DNA of 25,448 bases, taken from positions 1-25,448 of IMG/VR virus record IMGVR_UViG_3300048599_000734. One strand, given 5' to 3'. The DNA is from a virus (Duplodnaviria > Caudoviricetes). The notes under the pieces were generated by a model. That model ran no database searches and was not told the origin of the DNA. It saw nothing but the letters and a program-made list of their open reading frames with translations. Both the position numbers and the translations under genes were made by a program. Positions 1 through 9,198 of the stretch are shown one piece after another; the stretch's first letter is position 1; every line of letters begins with the position of its first letter.

Positions 1-630
1 AGCTGCGCCATAGGTGATCGTTTTGCCGTTGGCTGTGAAGGAGATCGTGCTGCAGCTGCCGCTGATCCGGATCAGCGGCTTGACGTATGTCCCTGGGTTA
101 TAAACCGAATAGGCGGCTGCGCCAGCGACCACAAAGGTCGTCGGTGACATATCCAGTCGGTATCCATAGCCCAGCATCAGACCCATACCAAGCTGCAGTG
201 CTTGGTCAGATCGCACCCGGCTGAAGCCGAACGGTCTGCATTTGAACTGCAGCGTGAACCGTCCGATCCGGCCGATCTCCGTGGCCAGGTCCAATTTGTT
301 GGAGATCCGCGCAAGATAATAGACCGCCGTTTCGTCGTCGAATATCAGCTGCTTTTCGCCGCAGGCCAGCCATGAGGCAATTTCATGTGCCTTTATCCGC
401 AGATAGGCCATATCCTTCCGGAGACAGGAACATTCCACCTCAATGGGCAGGGGCTTGTATTTGGTCCTGCCGTCCGGATTGGCTTCAGAGAAGTCGTATT
501 CTCCGTCCCTGCATAGGATTTCTTCGGCTATGATCCTTGGTTCCGGAAGGATCGGGCGGTTTTTACTCTTCATGACGATCCCCATATCATTAAATGAATG
601 CTTGTTATTGAAAACGAAGCCTTTGATCAT
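1..630 (-). CDS. Distal tail protein (Dit), 3' end beyond window edge
   Basis: Not in the ORF track. Hand translation MIKGFVFNNKHSFNDMGIVMKSKNRPILPEPRIIAEEILCRDGEYD...LIFDDETAVYYLARI...FTLQFKCRPFG...VYNPGT is open to position 1. ATGA overlap with the tape measure stop; motifs typical of Gram-positive siphophage Dit. Confidence 0.85.
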   Translation of the reverse strand, partial: MIKGFVFNNKHSFNDMGIVMKSKNRPILPEPRIIAEEILCRDGEYDFSEANPDGRTKYKPLPIEVECSCLRKDMAYLRIKAHEIASWLACGEKQLIFDDETAVYYLARISNKLDLATEIGRIGRFTLQFKCRPFGFSRVRSDQALQLGMGLMLGYGYRLDMSPTTFVVAGAAAYSVYNPGTYVKPLIRISGSCSTISFTANGKTITYGAA

Positions 631-3600
631 GAATTCACGCCTCCCGATCCCCTCGACATATCCTTGGCCGCATTCATCAGTTCATTGCTATAATCGCCGA
701 CGTCATCAATACCATACAGGTTCTTGTTCCCATAATCATTGATCGTAACGATTGAATTTCCCCCAGAAGCAGCAATTACAGGAGTATTTCCGGAAAAAAG
801 GCCAGGTGCCGAAAGTTCCGACGCTATGCGTTTATAGTCATCAACAAACTTCCGGATCTTCTTCAGGCCGTCGCTGATGAAGGTGTCCTGGTTCGCGTTG
901 AATACCTTGGTTGCATTGGTAAGCGCCTCCTTCAGCTTTGTGTCCGCGCTGGTAAGGGAGGATACCCCTTCCTGGGCAAACTTTTCAGTAGCGGCCAACA
1001 TTTGCTGCTGCTCCGTTTCAAGGTCAGCCCGCAGCTTCTGGTATTTGGCCTTGTTATCCTCAAGCTCCTGCTCAATCGCTTCCTTCCTGGAATCCTTCTC
1101 CCGGTCGCGGGCGTCCTGGGCATCCTGCCGGTCAAGCTCCCGGATTTTATCCTGGGCATCCTTCAGGATACGCTGGCCTTCCGGAGTTGCAGCGCCGGCA
1201 TATTTCCGGATAATAGCTTCAGCGTCAGCCCGTTCGCTTGCACGATCCGCAGCCTTCTCCTGATCCTCAATCGCCTGGTATTCCTTATCCAGCGCTTTCA
1301 GCTTATCGTTCAGCCGTTTTTCTTCCTGGTCTTCTTCCCAGTCATACTGCGATTTTTTCTTGTCGATATAGTCCTTGACCATTTTGTCCAGCATGGTTTT
1401 GTTGTCCTGGACTTCCTTATCGGCCATTTCCTTTTTCAACCGGTTCAGGTTCTTTGTGGCTGCAGCGACGGCTTCAATATTATCCTTCTGGTTTTTATAC
1501 ACCCTGGTCCAGGCAGCGATTTCATCCTCGGCCGACAGCTTGCCCAGTTCCTTCTGGGTGGCGATCCAGTTCACGGAGTCCTGCAGCCGTTTTGTCTGGA
1601 TGGATTTCTGGGCGGTATAGATGCGCTCCTCGATGTCCATACGCTCATCGGCGGTTTTGACATAAGCGCTCTTGATCGCCTGCAGGGTCTTGACCTCATC
1701 TTCCAGGGAGAGCTGGTTCATGGCCTTTCTATGCTCCAGGACTTTCAGGGCGGCGTCCAGCGCCTCGTTTTTATAGGTCTGCGTGCTGGCCCGAGAGGTA
1801 TTATCCAGGTCGGAATAGGTCTTTCCCGTGCCGGCCGACGAGGATTTGGTCACCTGGGTGACCCATGCCGGCAATTCATAGGTATTCGGATTCTTCAGCT
1901 TGTCGGCGGCGACAATCGCCTCCGCATATTTGTTGATATCTTCCTTGAGCTTTGCCTGCTTCTCATCCAGGCTGCTTAACTGCCCATTGAGCTTCTCCCA
2001 TTGGCCGATCTTGTCCTGCATTTCAAAGATAAAGCCCGTAGTATGATTGTATCCGGCTTTGTAGACCTCATCGATGAGCTTCTGGAATTCCTTGTCCGAG
2101 CTGTTATTTTCGCCTTTGGCAATCTTATCCGCCAATTTGTTGTACAGATCCTGATTACCCTGGAATTCCTTCTTGACCGCATCCCGCTGCTGGGTCAGCT
2201 GCGCCCGTTGGGTATCCAAATCAGACAGCTGCGCCCGGAGGCTGCTGATCTGCATTTTCCCCTGAGACGCCAGCAGTTCCACGTCCTGCTGATATGCTTT
2301 TTTCTTTTCGCTGCTCAATTGTTTTACGAGATCGATCTGGGTCGTATATTTCTGGTTCTCACTGTCAATCCCGTCGGCAGCAGCCGGATACAGGTCAGCC
2401 AGCTTTTTCTCGATGTCATGGAGCTGCGTCTTTTCTTCCGTGGTCTGGCTCGTCTTGGACTTTAGCGTTTCATATTTTACGATGAGCTGATCCGTATTAT
2501 CCAGTTCCTGACGGGTCGCCTGCAGCGTCTTCTGTGTCTGTTGCTCCGCCGCTTTTGTAGCGGCGGTATATCCGATGATTCCGCTTACCAGGGCGGTAAT
2601 CCCGGCCGCAATAGCGATATACGGATTGGCGGCCGCGCTGATATTAAAGGCCGCCTGCACGGCAGCTGCCACCTTCAGCGCCGCGCTCAAGGCGGTAACA
2701 GCGCTGATGATTCCCACGATTTCCTTGCCGTATGCGGCCATGATCTCAATGGCTTCCGTCAGGCCGTCAACCACCTGGACGAGGAACCCGCTGATTCCAT
2801 CAGCGATTTTGTCCAGCGTGCCGTTCTGGCTCCATTCGTCCCAGGTCGACATGAAATCGGACTGCTTTTCCTTCAAACTCTCGAAAACATCCTCTCCAAT
2901 TTGTCGGCCAAAGGCTGATAGATTATCCTGGATCGTGGACATCAGGCCATTAAAGGTCTTGGACTGCTCATCCATCATACCTTTATATTTGGAATCCATG
3001 ATAGCCATAACGGCATCCATGGTCTGTGCTATGGAAGAGGTTAACTGACCGCCTTTATCAAACTGGATATCTTGCTCCGTCAGCAACTTCATGGATATGC
3101 CCAACCGTCGCAGTTGCTCCATTGCCTCTCCGGTTTGTCCGGATGAAAGCCGGCCTATGGCGTCGGCCACCTGTGTCATCGGTACGTTGAATGCGCTTGC
3201 CGCATTACCGATTTGAGTAAGATATTTCCGGGTATCCAGACCGAACGTTTCAAGCAGCTTTGATGCTTCCACTACTTGCGGCATGTCAAACGGCGTCTTA
3301 GCTGCGAAATCGAATAAGTATTCCAGATGCTCTCTGGCACGATCTGCGCTGCCGAGCAACACATTAAAGGAGGTGGTGTATTGCTCAAACTGCGCGTTGC
3401 TTCCCACGGTGAAATCGAAGAACTGCTTTCCGGAATAAACCATGATAGCACTTTTGATTAATGTAACGAGAGAATTTAATTTCCCGCTTAATAAGCCTAT
3501 TTTACCACCCATGCCATCTATTGATTTTTGCGTTTTCTGAGTTTGATCGTCCAGGCCTTTGGTCTCGTTTTGCAGCTTTTTCATCGCAGTGCTTTGCTTA

Positions 3601-3926
3601 TCAATTTCACTATTCGCACGCTGCATAGCAGTTTGTATGCTATTTTCCCGTTCCTGAGCCCTCATTAGCTGTAAGTGTAATTTTTCCGTAGCTTCTGCAT
3701 CAGAACCCTTGGTTCTTATTGATTCTTGATATTTAGCGTTTAGTGAACTGACAATATTTTTTTGTGCGTCGAGTTTCTGACTAAGCAATTGCATTCTGGC
3801 ATTTAGTTGTATTGATTTGCTTTCGAAATCAGATAGGGATACTGTCGCTTTCTTAGTTTCATTGACTATACCTGAAGCATCGCCACCGATTCTAACTAAT
3901 ATTTCCCCAACAGTCAAATAACTCAC
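627..3926 (-). CDS. Tail tape measure protein
   Basis: 1099 aa, coiled-coil and Ala-rich, with tape-measure motif FAAKTPFDMPQVVEASKLL and ANPYIAIAAGITAL segment; lies between tail chaperone and Dit. True start may be TTG at 3917 (MTVGEILVRIGGD). Confidence 0.95.
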   Translation of the reverse strand: MSYLTVGEILVRIGGDASGIVNETKKATVSLSDFESKSIQLNARMQLLSQKLDAQKNIVSSLNAKYQESIRTKGSDAEATEKLHLQLMRAQERENSIQTAMQRANSEIDKQSTAMKKLQNETKGLDDQTQKTQKSIDGMGGKIGLLSGKLNSLVTLIKSAIMVYSGKQFFDFTVGSNAQFEQYTTSFNVLLGSADRAREHLEYLFDFAAKTPFDMPQVVEASKLLETFGLDTRKYLTQIGNAASAFNVPMTQVADAIGRLSSGQTGEAMEQLRRLGISMKLLTEQDIQFDKGGQLTSSIAQTMDAVMAIMDSKYKGMMDEQSKTFNGLMSTIQDNLSAFGRQIGEDVFESLKEKQSDFMSTWDEWSQNGTLDKIADGISGFLVQVVDGLTEAIEIMAAYGKEIVGIISAVTALSAALKVAAAVQAAFNISAAANPYIAIAAGITALVSGIIGYTAATKAAEQQTQKTLQATRQELDNTDQLIVKYETLKSKTSQTTEEKTQLHDIEKKLADLYPAAADGIDSENQKYTTQIDLVKQLSSEKKKAYQQDVELLASQGKMQISSLRAQLSDLDTQRAQLTQQRDAVKKEFQGNQDLYNKLADKIAKGENNSSDKEFQKLIDEVYKAGYNHTTGFIFEMQDKIGQWEKLNGQLSSLDEKQAKLKEDINKYAEAIVAADKLKNPNTYELPAWVTQVTKSSSAGTGKTYSDLDNTSRASTQTYKNEALDAALKVLEHRKAMNQLSLEDEVKTLQAIKSAYVKTADERMDIEERIYTAQKSIQTKRLQDSVNWIATQKELGKLSAEDEIAAWTRVYKNQKDNIEAVAAATKNLNRLKKEMADKEVQDNKTMLDKMVKDYIDKKKSQYDWEEDQEEKRLNDKLKALDKEYQAIEDQEKAADRASERADAEAIIRKYAGAATPEGQRILKDAQDKIRELDRQDAQDARDREKDSRKEAIEQELEDNKAKYQKLRADLETEQQQMLAATEKFAQEGVSSLTSADTKLKEALTNATKVFNANQDTFISDGLKKIRKFVDDYKRIASELSAPGLFSGNTPVIAASGGNSIVTINDYGNKNLYGIDDVGDYSNELMNAAKDMSRGSGGVNS

Positions 3927-3931
3927 CCGCC

Positions 3932-4124
3932 TTATATCTGGTCAATGAACACTTCCTCGTCATTTTCAATGCTATGGGCTTTCCGGTGTTCATCCAGCAA
4001 AATAAAAATCTGGCGTAATGTCTTACGCCAGAAGGCTTCTTCCGATTGCTTCAATTCAACGGTCCAGATATAGTACAGCTTCCGGAAGTCGATATCCCCA
4101 TCCTGGTCTACATAGTTTTTTTTT
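3932..4124 (-). CDS. Frameshift-extended C-terminal part of tail assembly chaperone (gpT-like)
   Basis: -1 frame after the A9 run reads NYVDQDGDIDFRKLYYIWTVELKQSEEAFWRKTLRQIFILLDEHRKAHSIENDEEVFIDQI*, ending just before the tape measure gene. No in-frame ATG; EEAFWRKTLRQI resembles the gpT-type motif. Confidence 0.8.
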
Positions 4125-4725
4125 CTTCATCTGCTTCGATCTCATCCCGTTCCGGCATCGTCATGAGCAACGCCTCGGTGATATATTCTTCAAAATCGCT
4201 TCCGAGCATCTCCAGTTTTGCGCTCTTCAGGATGCTGTTGAAATCGGCGACCGTTTCAATATCGAACATTTTACCGATCTCAAACAGGGATGGAGCCATT
4301 CCTTCAGGATAGGCATTCAGCATTCCTGCCCGGAGGAATGCCTTGATGCGCTTTGCGCTTCTCAGATCGACATTCATAATGCCTTTCATTGGAACGCCGA
4401 ACGCTTCCGACAGGTATTCGAATGAATTCAGGTCATAGACCAGGTTCCGGTCACAGATCGATATAGACATCAGGACAAAGAGCTTGCTTATATCGAACAG
4501 GGAAGGAGCCTGGTCTTCCGGATATTCATGGAGAAGGCCGGCCCGCAGGAAAATCTTGATGTTCCGGACATTCTCCAAGTCGATTTCATAGAGATCCTTG
4601 ATGCTGCCGAATTGTTCTTCCAGGTATTCGAGGGCGTTGGTGTCATATTTGATCAGATGGATCTTACCGTCGGAAAGCTTGATCTTTACGCCGGATTTTT
4701 TGATATATCTCAATGATTTGTCCAT
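4108..4725 (-). CDS. Tail assembly chaperone (gpG-like) with internal tandem duplication
   Basis: Between major tail and tape measure genes; YDTNALEYLEEQFG motif; ends EEKKTM over a slippery A-run; AAGGGGGA RBS. Confidence 0.85.
   Translation of the reverse strand: MDKSLRYIKKSGVKIKLSDGKIHLIKYDTNALEYLEEQFGSIKDLYEIDLENVRNIKIFLRAGLLHEYPEDQAPSLFDISKLFVLMSISICDRNLVYDLNSFEYLSEAFGVPMKGIMNVDLRSAKRIKAFLRAGMLNAYPEGMAPSLFEIGKMFDIETVADFNSILKSAKLEMLGSDFEEYITEALLMTMPERDEIEADEEKKTM
4116..4124 (-). promoter_or_regulatory. Programmed -1 ribosomal frameshift slippery site (A AAA AAA)
   Basis: Minus strand GAA GAA AAA AAA ACT ATG TAG; nine consecutive A just before the stop, with an open -1 frame. Confidence 0.8.
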
Positions 4726-4736
4726 ATATCCCCCTT

Positions 4737-4768
4737 GAAACGACGGGGGAGAGATCCCCCTCCCGTCG
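4737..4768 (-). terminator. GC-rich hairpin after major tail gene (weak terminator or stabiliser)
   Basis: CGACGGG...CCCGTCG outer stem followed by only TTTC on the minus strand. Confidence 0.4.
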
Positions 4769-4782
4769 CTCTCCGCCGATCA

Positions 4783-5667
4783 TCAGGCGGTCGTGAATTT
4801 GCGTACGTCGTTTGCGGCCAGTCTGTTGGCGCTCAGGTCGCATACATCCGAGGTACAAATGGCCCTATATGCAGTGGCAGCCGTCAAGTTCGCCGAAGGT
4901 GTGAAGGTGATGACCGTCTTTGCCGCATTCTGCGACAAGGTTCCCGCGATGATCGACCCGTCCGTATCCTTTATGATAAAGAAATTGGAACTGTTGACGC
5001 AGCTGGGCAGGATCGCTTTGGAGAAGGTCCAGGCGAAGCTGCTGCCGACCGCGACGCCGGTGGCATTGTTCGCTGGCGTCGTGCTGCTGATGGTGGGTGC
5101 TGTCGTATCCGGATTGATGTCTCCTGATGTGAACCAGTTTGTCCCCACACTGGCCGTATAGGTAGGTTCGTCTTCATCCGCCTCCCGGATGTCTTTTCCG
5201 TCGTACAGACGCTGAATGCCGACTCCCTCCAGCACCGGCGTCTGATAGGCCAGTTGCTGCTTTTTGGTTTCGAAGTCTTCCTTGACTTCCTGGAACTGCA
5301 CCTTCAGAACCTTTTCATACCTGTATTTTCCGTTGGACTTCAGCGATTTCCACATGACGCACCAATAGGGCGGGGTATCCGTGTTACCGCTCGTTCGTAT
5401 GCCGTTCACTATGGTCTGGCCGAGAAACATTGCCTTCTCCGACAAGGTGAGATCGGTAACGTTGATTACAACCTTTGTGTCTCCTCTTCCGGACATCGTG
5501 TCGACGATCTGGTCATCCGCCTCGAGGATCGCCCTGGTCACGGAGGGTTCAAAGCCTATCTTCATAAGCTTTTTTTGCAGGGCGTAGGGGACATCGTATG
5601 TAACGCCACCGGCATCATCGGTGAGCATTTTCGCAACCACCAGGTTGCATGCGCCAATACGTTTCAT
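4783..5667 (-). CDS. Major tail (tube) protein, phi13-like, with C-terminal Ig-like domain
   Basis: N-terminus MKRIGACNLVVAKMLTDD..LEADD..PPYWCVMWKSLKSNGKYRY typical of siphophage tubes; C-terminal DTTAPTISSTTPANNATGV..TFS..TFTPSANLTAATAY resembles SbsA/Big_5 Ig domains. Confidence 0.9.
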   Translation of the reverse strand: MKRIGACNLVVAKMLTDDAGGVTYDVPYALQKKLMKIGFEPSVTRAILEADDQIVDTMSGRGDTKVVINVTDLTLSEKAMFLGQTIVNGIRTSGNTDTPPYWCVMWKSLKSNGKYRYEKVLKVQFQEVKEDFETKKQQLAYQTPVLEGVGIQRLYDGKDIREADEDEPTYTASVGTNWFTSGDINPDTTAPTISSTTPANNATGVAVGSSFAWTFSKAILPSCVNSSNFFIIKDTDGSIIAGTLSQNAAKTVITFTPSANLTAATAYRAICTSDVCDLSANRLAANDVRKFTTA

Positions 5668-5685
5668 TGTACAACCTCCTTCAGG

Positions 5686-6084
5686 TCAGTCTTTTTGTGT
5701 TGTGACGATATAGTTGCAGACAAATACCGTCCGTTTCTTGTCATCCTCCTCCAGCTTGACCGGCGGAGCCAGCGCGGAAACCACGGCCCACCGGTCTGCG
5801 TCAAGCTGAAGGATGTCTTCCGGATCTTCCGGTTTCGCCAGGATACTGAAAATGGCCCATGCTTTCGCTTTGGCCGCAGCATAAGAGGAATCCCTCGTCA
5901 GTATCTGGACCTTCCGATCCAGGCAATCCGCTCCGGGTTCCACCGGCGATCCGGCATATTCGAACAGGCAGCAGGCCCGCGCTGGCGTATCCGGTTTGCC
6001 GTCCAGGAAGATGTCAGTACCCAGCCTGGCGTAAATGCCTTTTGAAATCAGGAGTCCCGCTAGTCCTTCCAATAACCCGATCAC
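5686..6084 (-). CDS. Tail terminator / 'minor capsid 3'-like protein
   Basis: 132 aa directly upstream of tube gene; IFLDGKPDTP, VQILTR, DDKKRTVFVCNY motifs. Confidence 0.7.
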   Translation of the reverse strand: MIGLLEGLAGLLISKGIYARLGTDIFLDGKPDTPARACCLFEYAGSPVEPGADCLDRKVQILTRDSSYAAAKAKAWAIFSILAKPEDPEDILQLDADRWAVVSALAPPVKLEEDDKKRTVFVCNYIVTTQKD

Positions 6085-6095
6085 AGGATCACCGC

Positions 6096-6533
6096 CTATC
6101 TGATGGAATTTTTCACCTCACCGGCAAGGTAATTGATGTACTTCTCCATGTTTTCATCCAGCGTCTTTTCCAGGTACTTGGCTTCTCCGCCCTTCGGATG
6201 GTTCAGGGTCAGATCCTCGTGCTGCTTCAGCGCGTATGGTTCTTCAAAGCCAATCACGCCTTCGAGCTTTTCCACGCCCGAGGCCGATGCCGATCCCATC
6301 GAGGAGACACCGCCATCCGGTGAGCCCTTCGCAATAGTCCGTCCATTCAGTTTGGCATATCCGCTGCCGCGCAGGTCCCCGAGATCCACCGGGGCACGTT
6401 CCACCGATCTGCCGAGACAATCCAGGCATACATCAGCAAGCCCTTTGGCCGATACCGTTTTGATCTTTTTCAGCCGGCTGTTCAATTCCCGTGTTACTTT
6501 TTCCAGGCCCTCCAGTTCCATCGACGCGCTCAT
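6096..6533 (-). CDS. Neck / tail completion protein (HK97 gp10-like)
   Basis: APVDLGDLRGSG, PYALKQHE, AKYLEK motifs; synteny. Confidence 0.8.
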   Translation of the reverse strand: MSASMELEGLEKVTRELNSRLKKIKTVSAKGLADVCLDCLGRSVERAPVDLGDLRGSGYAKLNGRTIAKGSPDGGVSSMGSASASGVEKLEGVIGFEEPYALKQHEDLTLNHPKGGEAKYLEKTLDENMEKYINYLAGEVKNSIR

Positions 6534-6814
6534 AGGGACACCTCGTATCCGTCCGTGTTGCCGTCCAGATCGATGCTCGGTTGGGCGGATATCACCACGC
6601 GATCATCAATGAGATCATCCACCTGGATTTGTTCCGGCGTAAACAGCCTTGTGTCGGACACGACCTGGTTGCCGTTTTTATCCCTTACAAGCCGGAGCTT
6701 TATCTCCTTTCGGCAGGGGATGCCAACCGGATCGGCATAGATCGTCTCGGCGTACTCGTTTGGACCGACGGCTTTTTTCCATACTGCCGACTGATTGCAA
6801 TAGTCTGCCATCAT
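6530..6814 (-). CDS. Head closure protein (putative)
   Basis: 94 aa beta-rich, LVRDKNGNQVVS motif; 4-nt overlaps with neighbours; synteny. Confidence 0.65.
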   Translation of the reverse strand: MMADYCNQSAVWKKAVGPNEYAETIYADPVGIPCRKEIKLRLVRDKNGNQVVSDTRLFTPEQIQVDDLIDDRVVISAQPSIDLDGNTDGYEVSL

Positions 6815-7317
6815 ATAATGGTCACGCTCCCCGCCATATATTTACGCAGTAGTTCCTTCGCGTCCGGGCTCAACAGCTTTACCACTTCGCCGGTATAGGT
6901 CTCCGTGAGGTTACCGATCTGGAAGGAATGCACGCCCTGGGCTTGGAGCTCGATGCGCTTGGATACTCCCTTCAGCAACGCCAGCGCTTCCTCGCAGACG
7001 GCTTCCTTTACCTCCCGCGACACTTCTGTTTCCACAACCCAGCCGGGCAGGGAAGTATATGTCACCGAGGTCGACAGGATCGCGCTGGGGCTGTCCATAT
7101 AAACCGCCCGCGGGAACTTCATTGTTTGATTGACATCCGCCTTTTTCCCACGGAGCTTCAGCCGGTCGATCCGCTTTGACGCCATGATAAGTGCCTGGGC
7201 CTTCTGGTCTGCGCCGGCGCTCTGCCATACGTCTGTAAACAGACGTATGGCGAAATATTCCTCCGCCTCGGGAATAGTCACATAGGAATTGGTGCCGATA
7301 ATAAGGTTAACAGCCAC
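6811..7317 (-). CDS. Head-tail adaptor (family often labelled DnaT-like)
   Basis: NSYVTIPEAEEYF, ALIMASKRID, KFPR, VKEAVCEEAL, GVHSFQIGNLTETY motifs; directly after capsid gene. Confidence 0.75.
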   Translation of the reverse strand: MAVNLIIGTNSYVTIPEAEEYFAIRLFTDVWQSAGADQKAQALIMASKRIDRLKLRGKKADVNQTMKFPRAVYMDSPSAILSTSVTYTSLPGWVVETEVSREVKEAVCEEALALLKGVSKRIELQAQGVHSFQIGNLTETYTGEVVKLLSPDAKELLRKYMAGSVTII

Positions 7318-7330
7318 GGTATCACCTGCC

Positions 7331-7362
7331 TAAAAAAAGAATAGGGGGAGCTCATCCCCCCA
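7331..7362 (-). terminator. Intrinsic terminator after major capsid gene
   Basis: Minus strand GGGGGA-TGAGC-TCCCCC then TATTCTTTTTTT. Confidence 0.75.
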
Positions 7363-7365
7363 ATG

Positions 7366-8463
7366 TTAGCCGAGCAGCCTGCAGGCCAGTTCGGGCGTAA
7401 GTGTCTTGACGCCACAGAGGAAGTCGATGGACACGATATCTGCTTTTGCCTGCATATCATATCCATACACGATCCTGACCGTAACGCCATTGTAGGAAAG
7501 CACTTCGGCTTTGGCAGCTCCGAGCGGCAGCTCCAACGGCCTGGTGACCAGCGCAAACGCGTTCCGGTGGAAGGCGAGGTTCTGCCTGACATTGGTGACC
7601 AATGTGATGGCAGCTCCCGCCGGGCTTGTACCCAGTGCCGGATAAATGGGCAGGGAAGCGATGGAACCGGACGCTGCCGTTGCGTCGGCCGTAGCAACAT
7701 ACATTCCAGGATCGCCGGCAATCGTGAACACATCACCCTTCTTTAATGTGCCGGTGGTGGGAGTGACGGATGCAAGGGCCAGCGTCGACTGCCCTGCGGT
7801 TCCGGTTGCGTTTCCAGCGGTAACTGTACCCTTGGTATGCGTCTTGATGTTCTGGTCCATGTAGGAATCCAGACCGAGCACCTTGCCCATGCTTGCGGTA
7901 CGCAGGGCTTCAGTCGATCCGGCTTTATCCGCATGCAGCACTGCATCCAGTACAACATACTTTGCATGAGTGATCGGATCGAGGGCTAAGTTGCGGTTGA
8001 TCAGCGGCACCTTATTTGTGTTCATGACCGCTCCGACATTAGCGAAATCACCGATAGCCGGAGTGCCGCTGACAGATACAAAATACGGGATGTCGACATA
8101 CAGACCTGCGATGAGAGCGTCCAGATATTGGGCGTGCGCGTTCATTGCCGGCACAATGAACTGCTGGGAGAAGTCATTCAGGGATAGGGACATTTCCTTT
8201 GCTGTGATCCTGAAGCTGACGTCGACGATCTTGTCCATCTTGACCGCTACACCTGTTTCCGTCGCATCCTGAATCTGGATGCTCGAACCATTGTACTCAT
8301 TGGCGACAAAGGTGGCAGGCTTCCGGACCGTGATGGTATCGCCCTTCTTTACGAATTCCTCGGAAAAATCCCGGTGCACCAGGCCAGCCAGAACCATGTT
8401 GTTCAGCAGAACCATAATGGCTTCTTTCGCGATGACCGAAGGAGTCAAAAGTGTGTTTGCCAT
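7366..8463 (-). CDS. Major capsid protein, P22 coat-protein family
   Basis: MANTLLTPSVIAKEA, GDTITVRKP, FSQQFIVPAM, LKKGDVFTIAG (insertion domain), NLAFHRNAFALVTRPL; strong AGGAGG RBS. Confidence 0.9.
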   Translation of the reverse strand: MANTLLTPSVIAKEAIMVLLNNMVLAGLVHRDFSEEFVKKGDTITVRKPATFVANEYNGSSIQIQDATETGVAVKMDKIVDVSFRITAKEMSLSLNDFSQQFIVPAMNAHAQYLDALIAGLYVDIPYFVSVSGTPAIGDFANVGAVMNTNKVPLINRNLALDPITHAKYVVLDAVLHADKAGSTEALRTASMGKVLGLDSYMDQNIKTHTKGTVTAGNATGTAGQSTLALASVTPTTGTLKKGDVFTIAGDPGMYVATADATAASGSIASLPIYPALGTSPAGAAITLVTNVRQNLAFHRNAFALVTRPLELPLGAAKAEVLSYNGVTVRIVYGYDMQAKADIVSIDFLCGVKTLTPELACRLLG

Positions 8464-8541
8464 ACAATATTACCTCCTGTTAAATATTTGTTGTGTGAAA
8501 AATACCTATGAAATTGACAAAAATGGTGAGAAAATCAGAGC

Positions 8542-9123
8542 CTATTGCTGCTTGGTTCTTTCGTTGTAATACTGGGCATATTCGTCCATATTCATCTTCT
8601 CCGGATCTTTCTGCCCGTTTCCGCCGCCGCCCATAGGGTTGAACCCGCCGCCTGCCGGAGTGGCATCTCCAAACAAATATCCCTTGGAAGTTGTCAGTTC
8701 CTTGATCTGATCATCGAGCCCTTCGATGCTGTCATTGTCCTGTACGGTGATCTTGGACATATCCAGGAGTTTGAACAGATCGTCCGGGCTCTTCGCCTTT
8801 GCGTTCAAGGCCGCCAACTTAATAGCCGAATCCCGGACTGCTGTTTTATATTTGTCCTGCAAGTCCCCATGGGCTTTCTGCAGATCCCCGTTGGCTTTCG
8901 TCATGATTGCCAAGTCCGTTGCGGATTGCTCCAAGGTTGCCACCTTCCCGCTGATGTCGTCAAACTGTGCTTTGTCCACATAAGCAGGTTCCTTCTCGTT
9001 ATTGGCCAGAGCGACAAAGCCGGATTCCTGCATCTTGTCGACAACGGCCTTGACCACCTCTTCCGCATTCGGAATGCCTGCAAATGCTTCCGCATTCTTT
9101 TTTAAATACTCCAGGATCTTCAT
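8542..9123 (-). CDS. Capsid scaffolding protein (GP20-like)
   Basis: Coiled coil, then IEGLDDQIKELTTSKGYLF and Gly-rich tail ending KMNMDEY; upstream of capsid gene. Confidence 0.85.
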   Translation of the reverse strand: MKILEYLKKNAEAFAGIPNAEEVVKAVVDKMQESGFVALANNEKEPAYVDKAQFDDISGKVATLEQSATDLAIMTKANGDLQKAHGDLQDKYKTAVRDSAIKLAALNAKAKSPDDLFKLLDMSKITVQDNDSIEGLDDQIKELTTSKGYLFGDATPAGGGFNPMGGGGNGQKDPEKMNMDEYAQYYNERTKQQ

Positions 9124-9164
9124 TAAAATGCTCCTTTCTGGTTTTTACTTGAAATTTTATACAA

Positions 9165-9198
9165 TAAAAAAGGATCTCCGCCTGAAGCGGTATCCTAT
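9165..9198 (-). terminator. Intrinsic terminator after minor capsid gene
   Basis: Minus strand AGGAT-A-CCGC-TTCAG-GCGG-AG-ATCCT-TTTTT. Confidence 0.65.

Noticed and set aside
877-3048. Long plus-strand ORFs (for example 1002-1979, 325 aa)
   Set aside because: Antisense shadows of the tape measure gene with no recognisable motifs.
6811-7317. Possible replication role from the DnaT-like label
   Set aside because: Position between capsid and head-closure genes indicates a head-tail adaptor.
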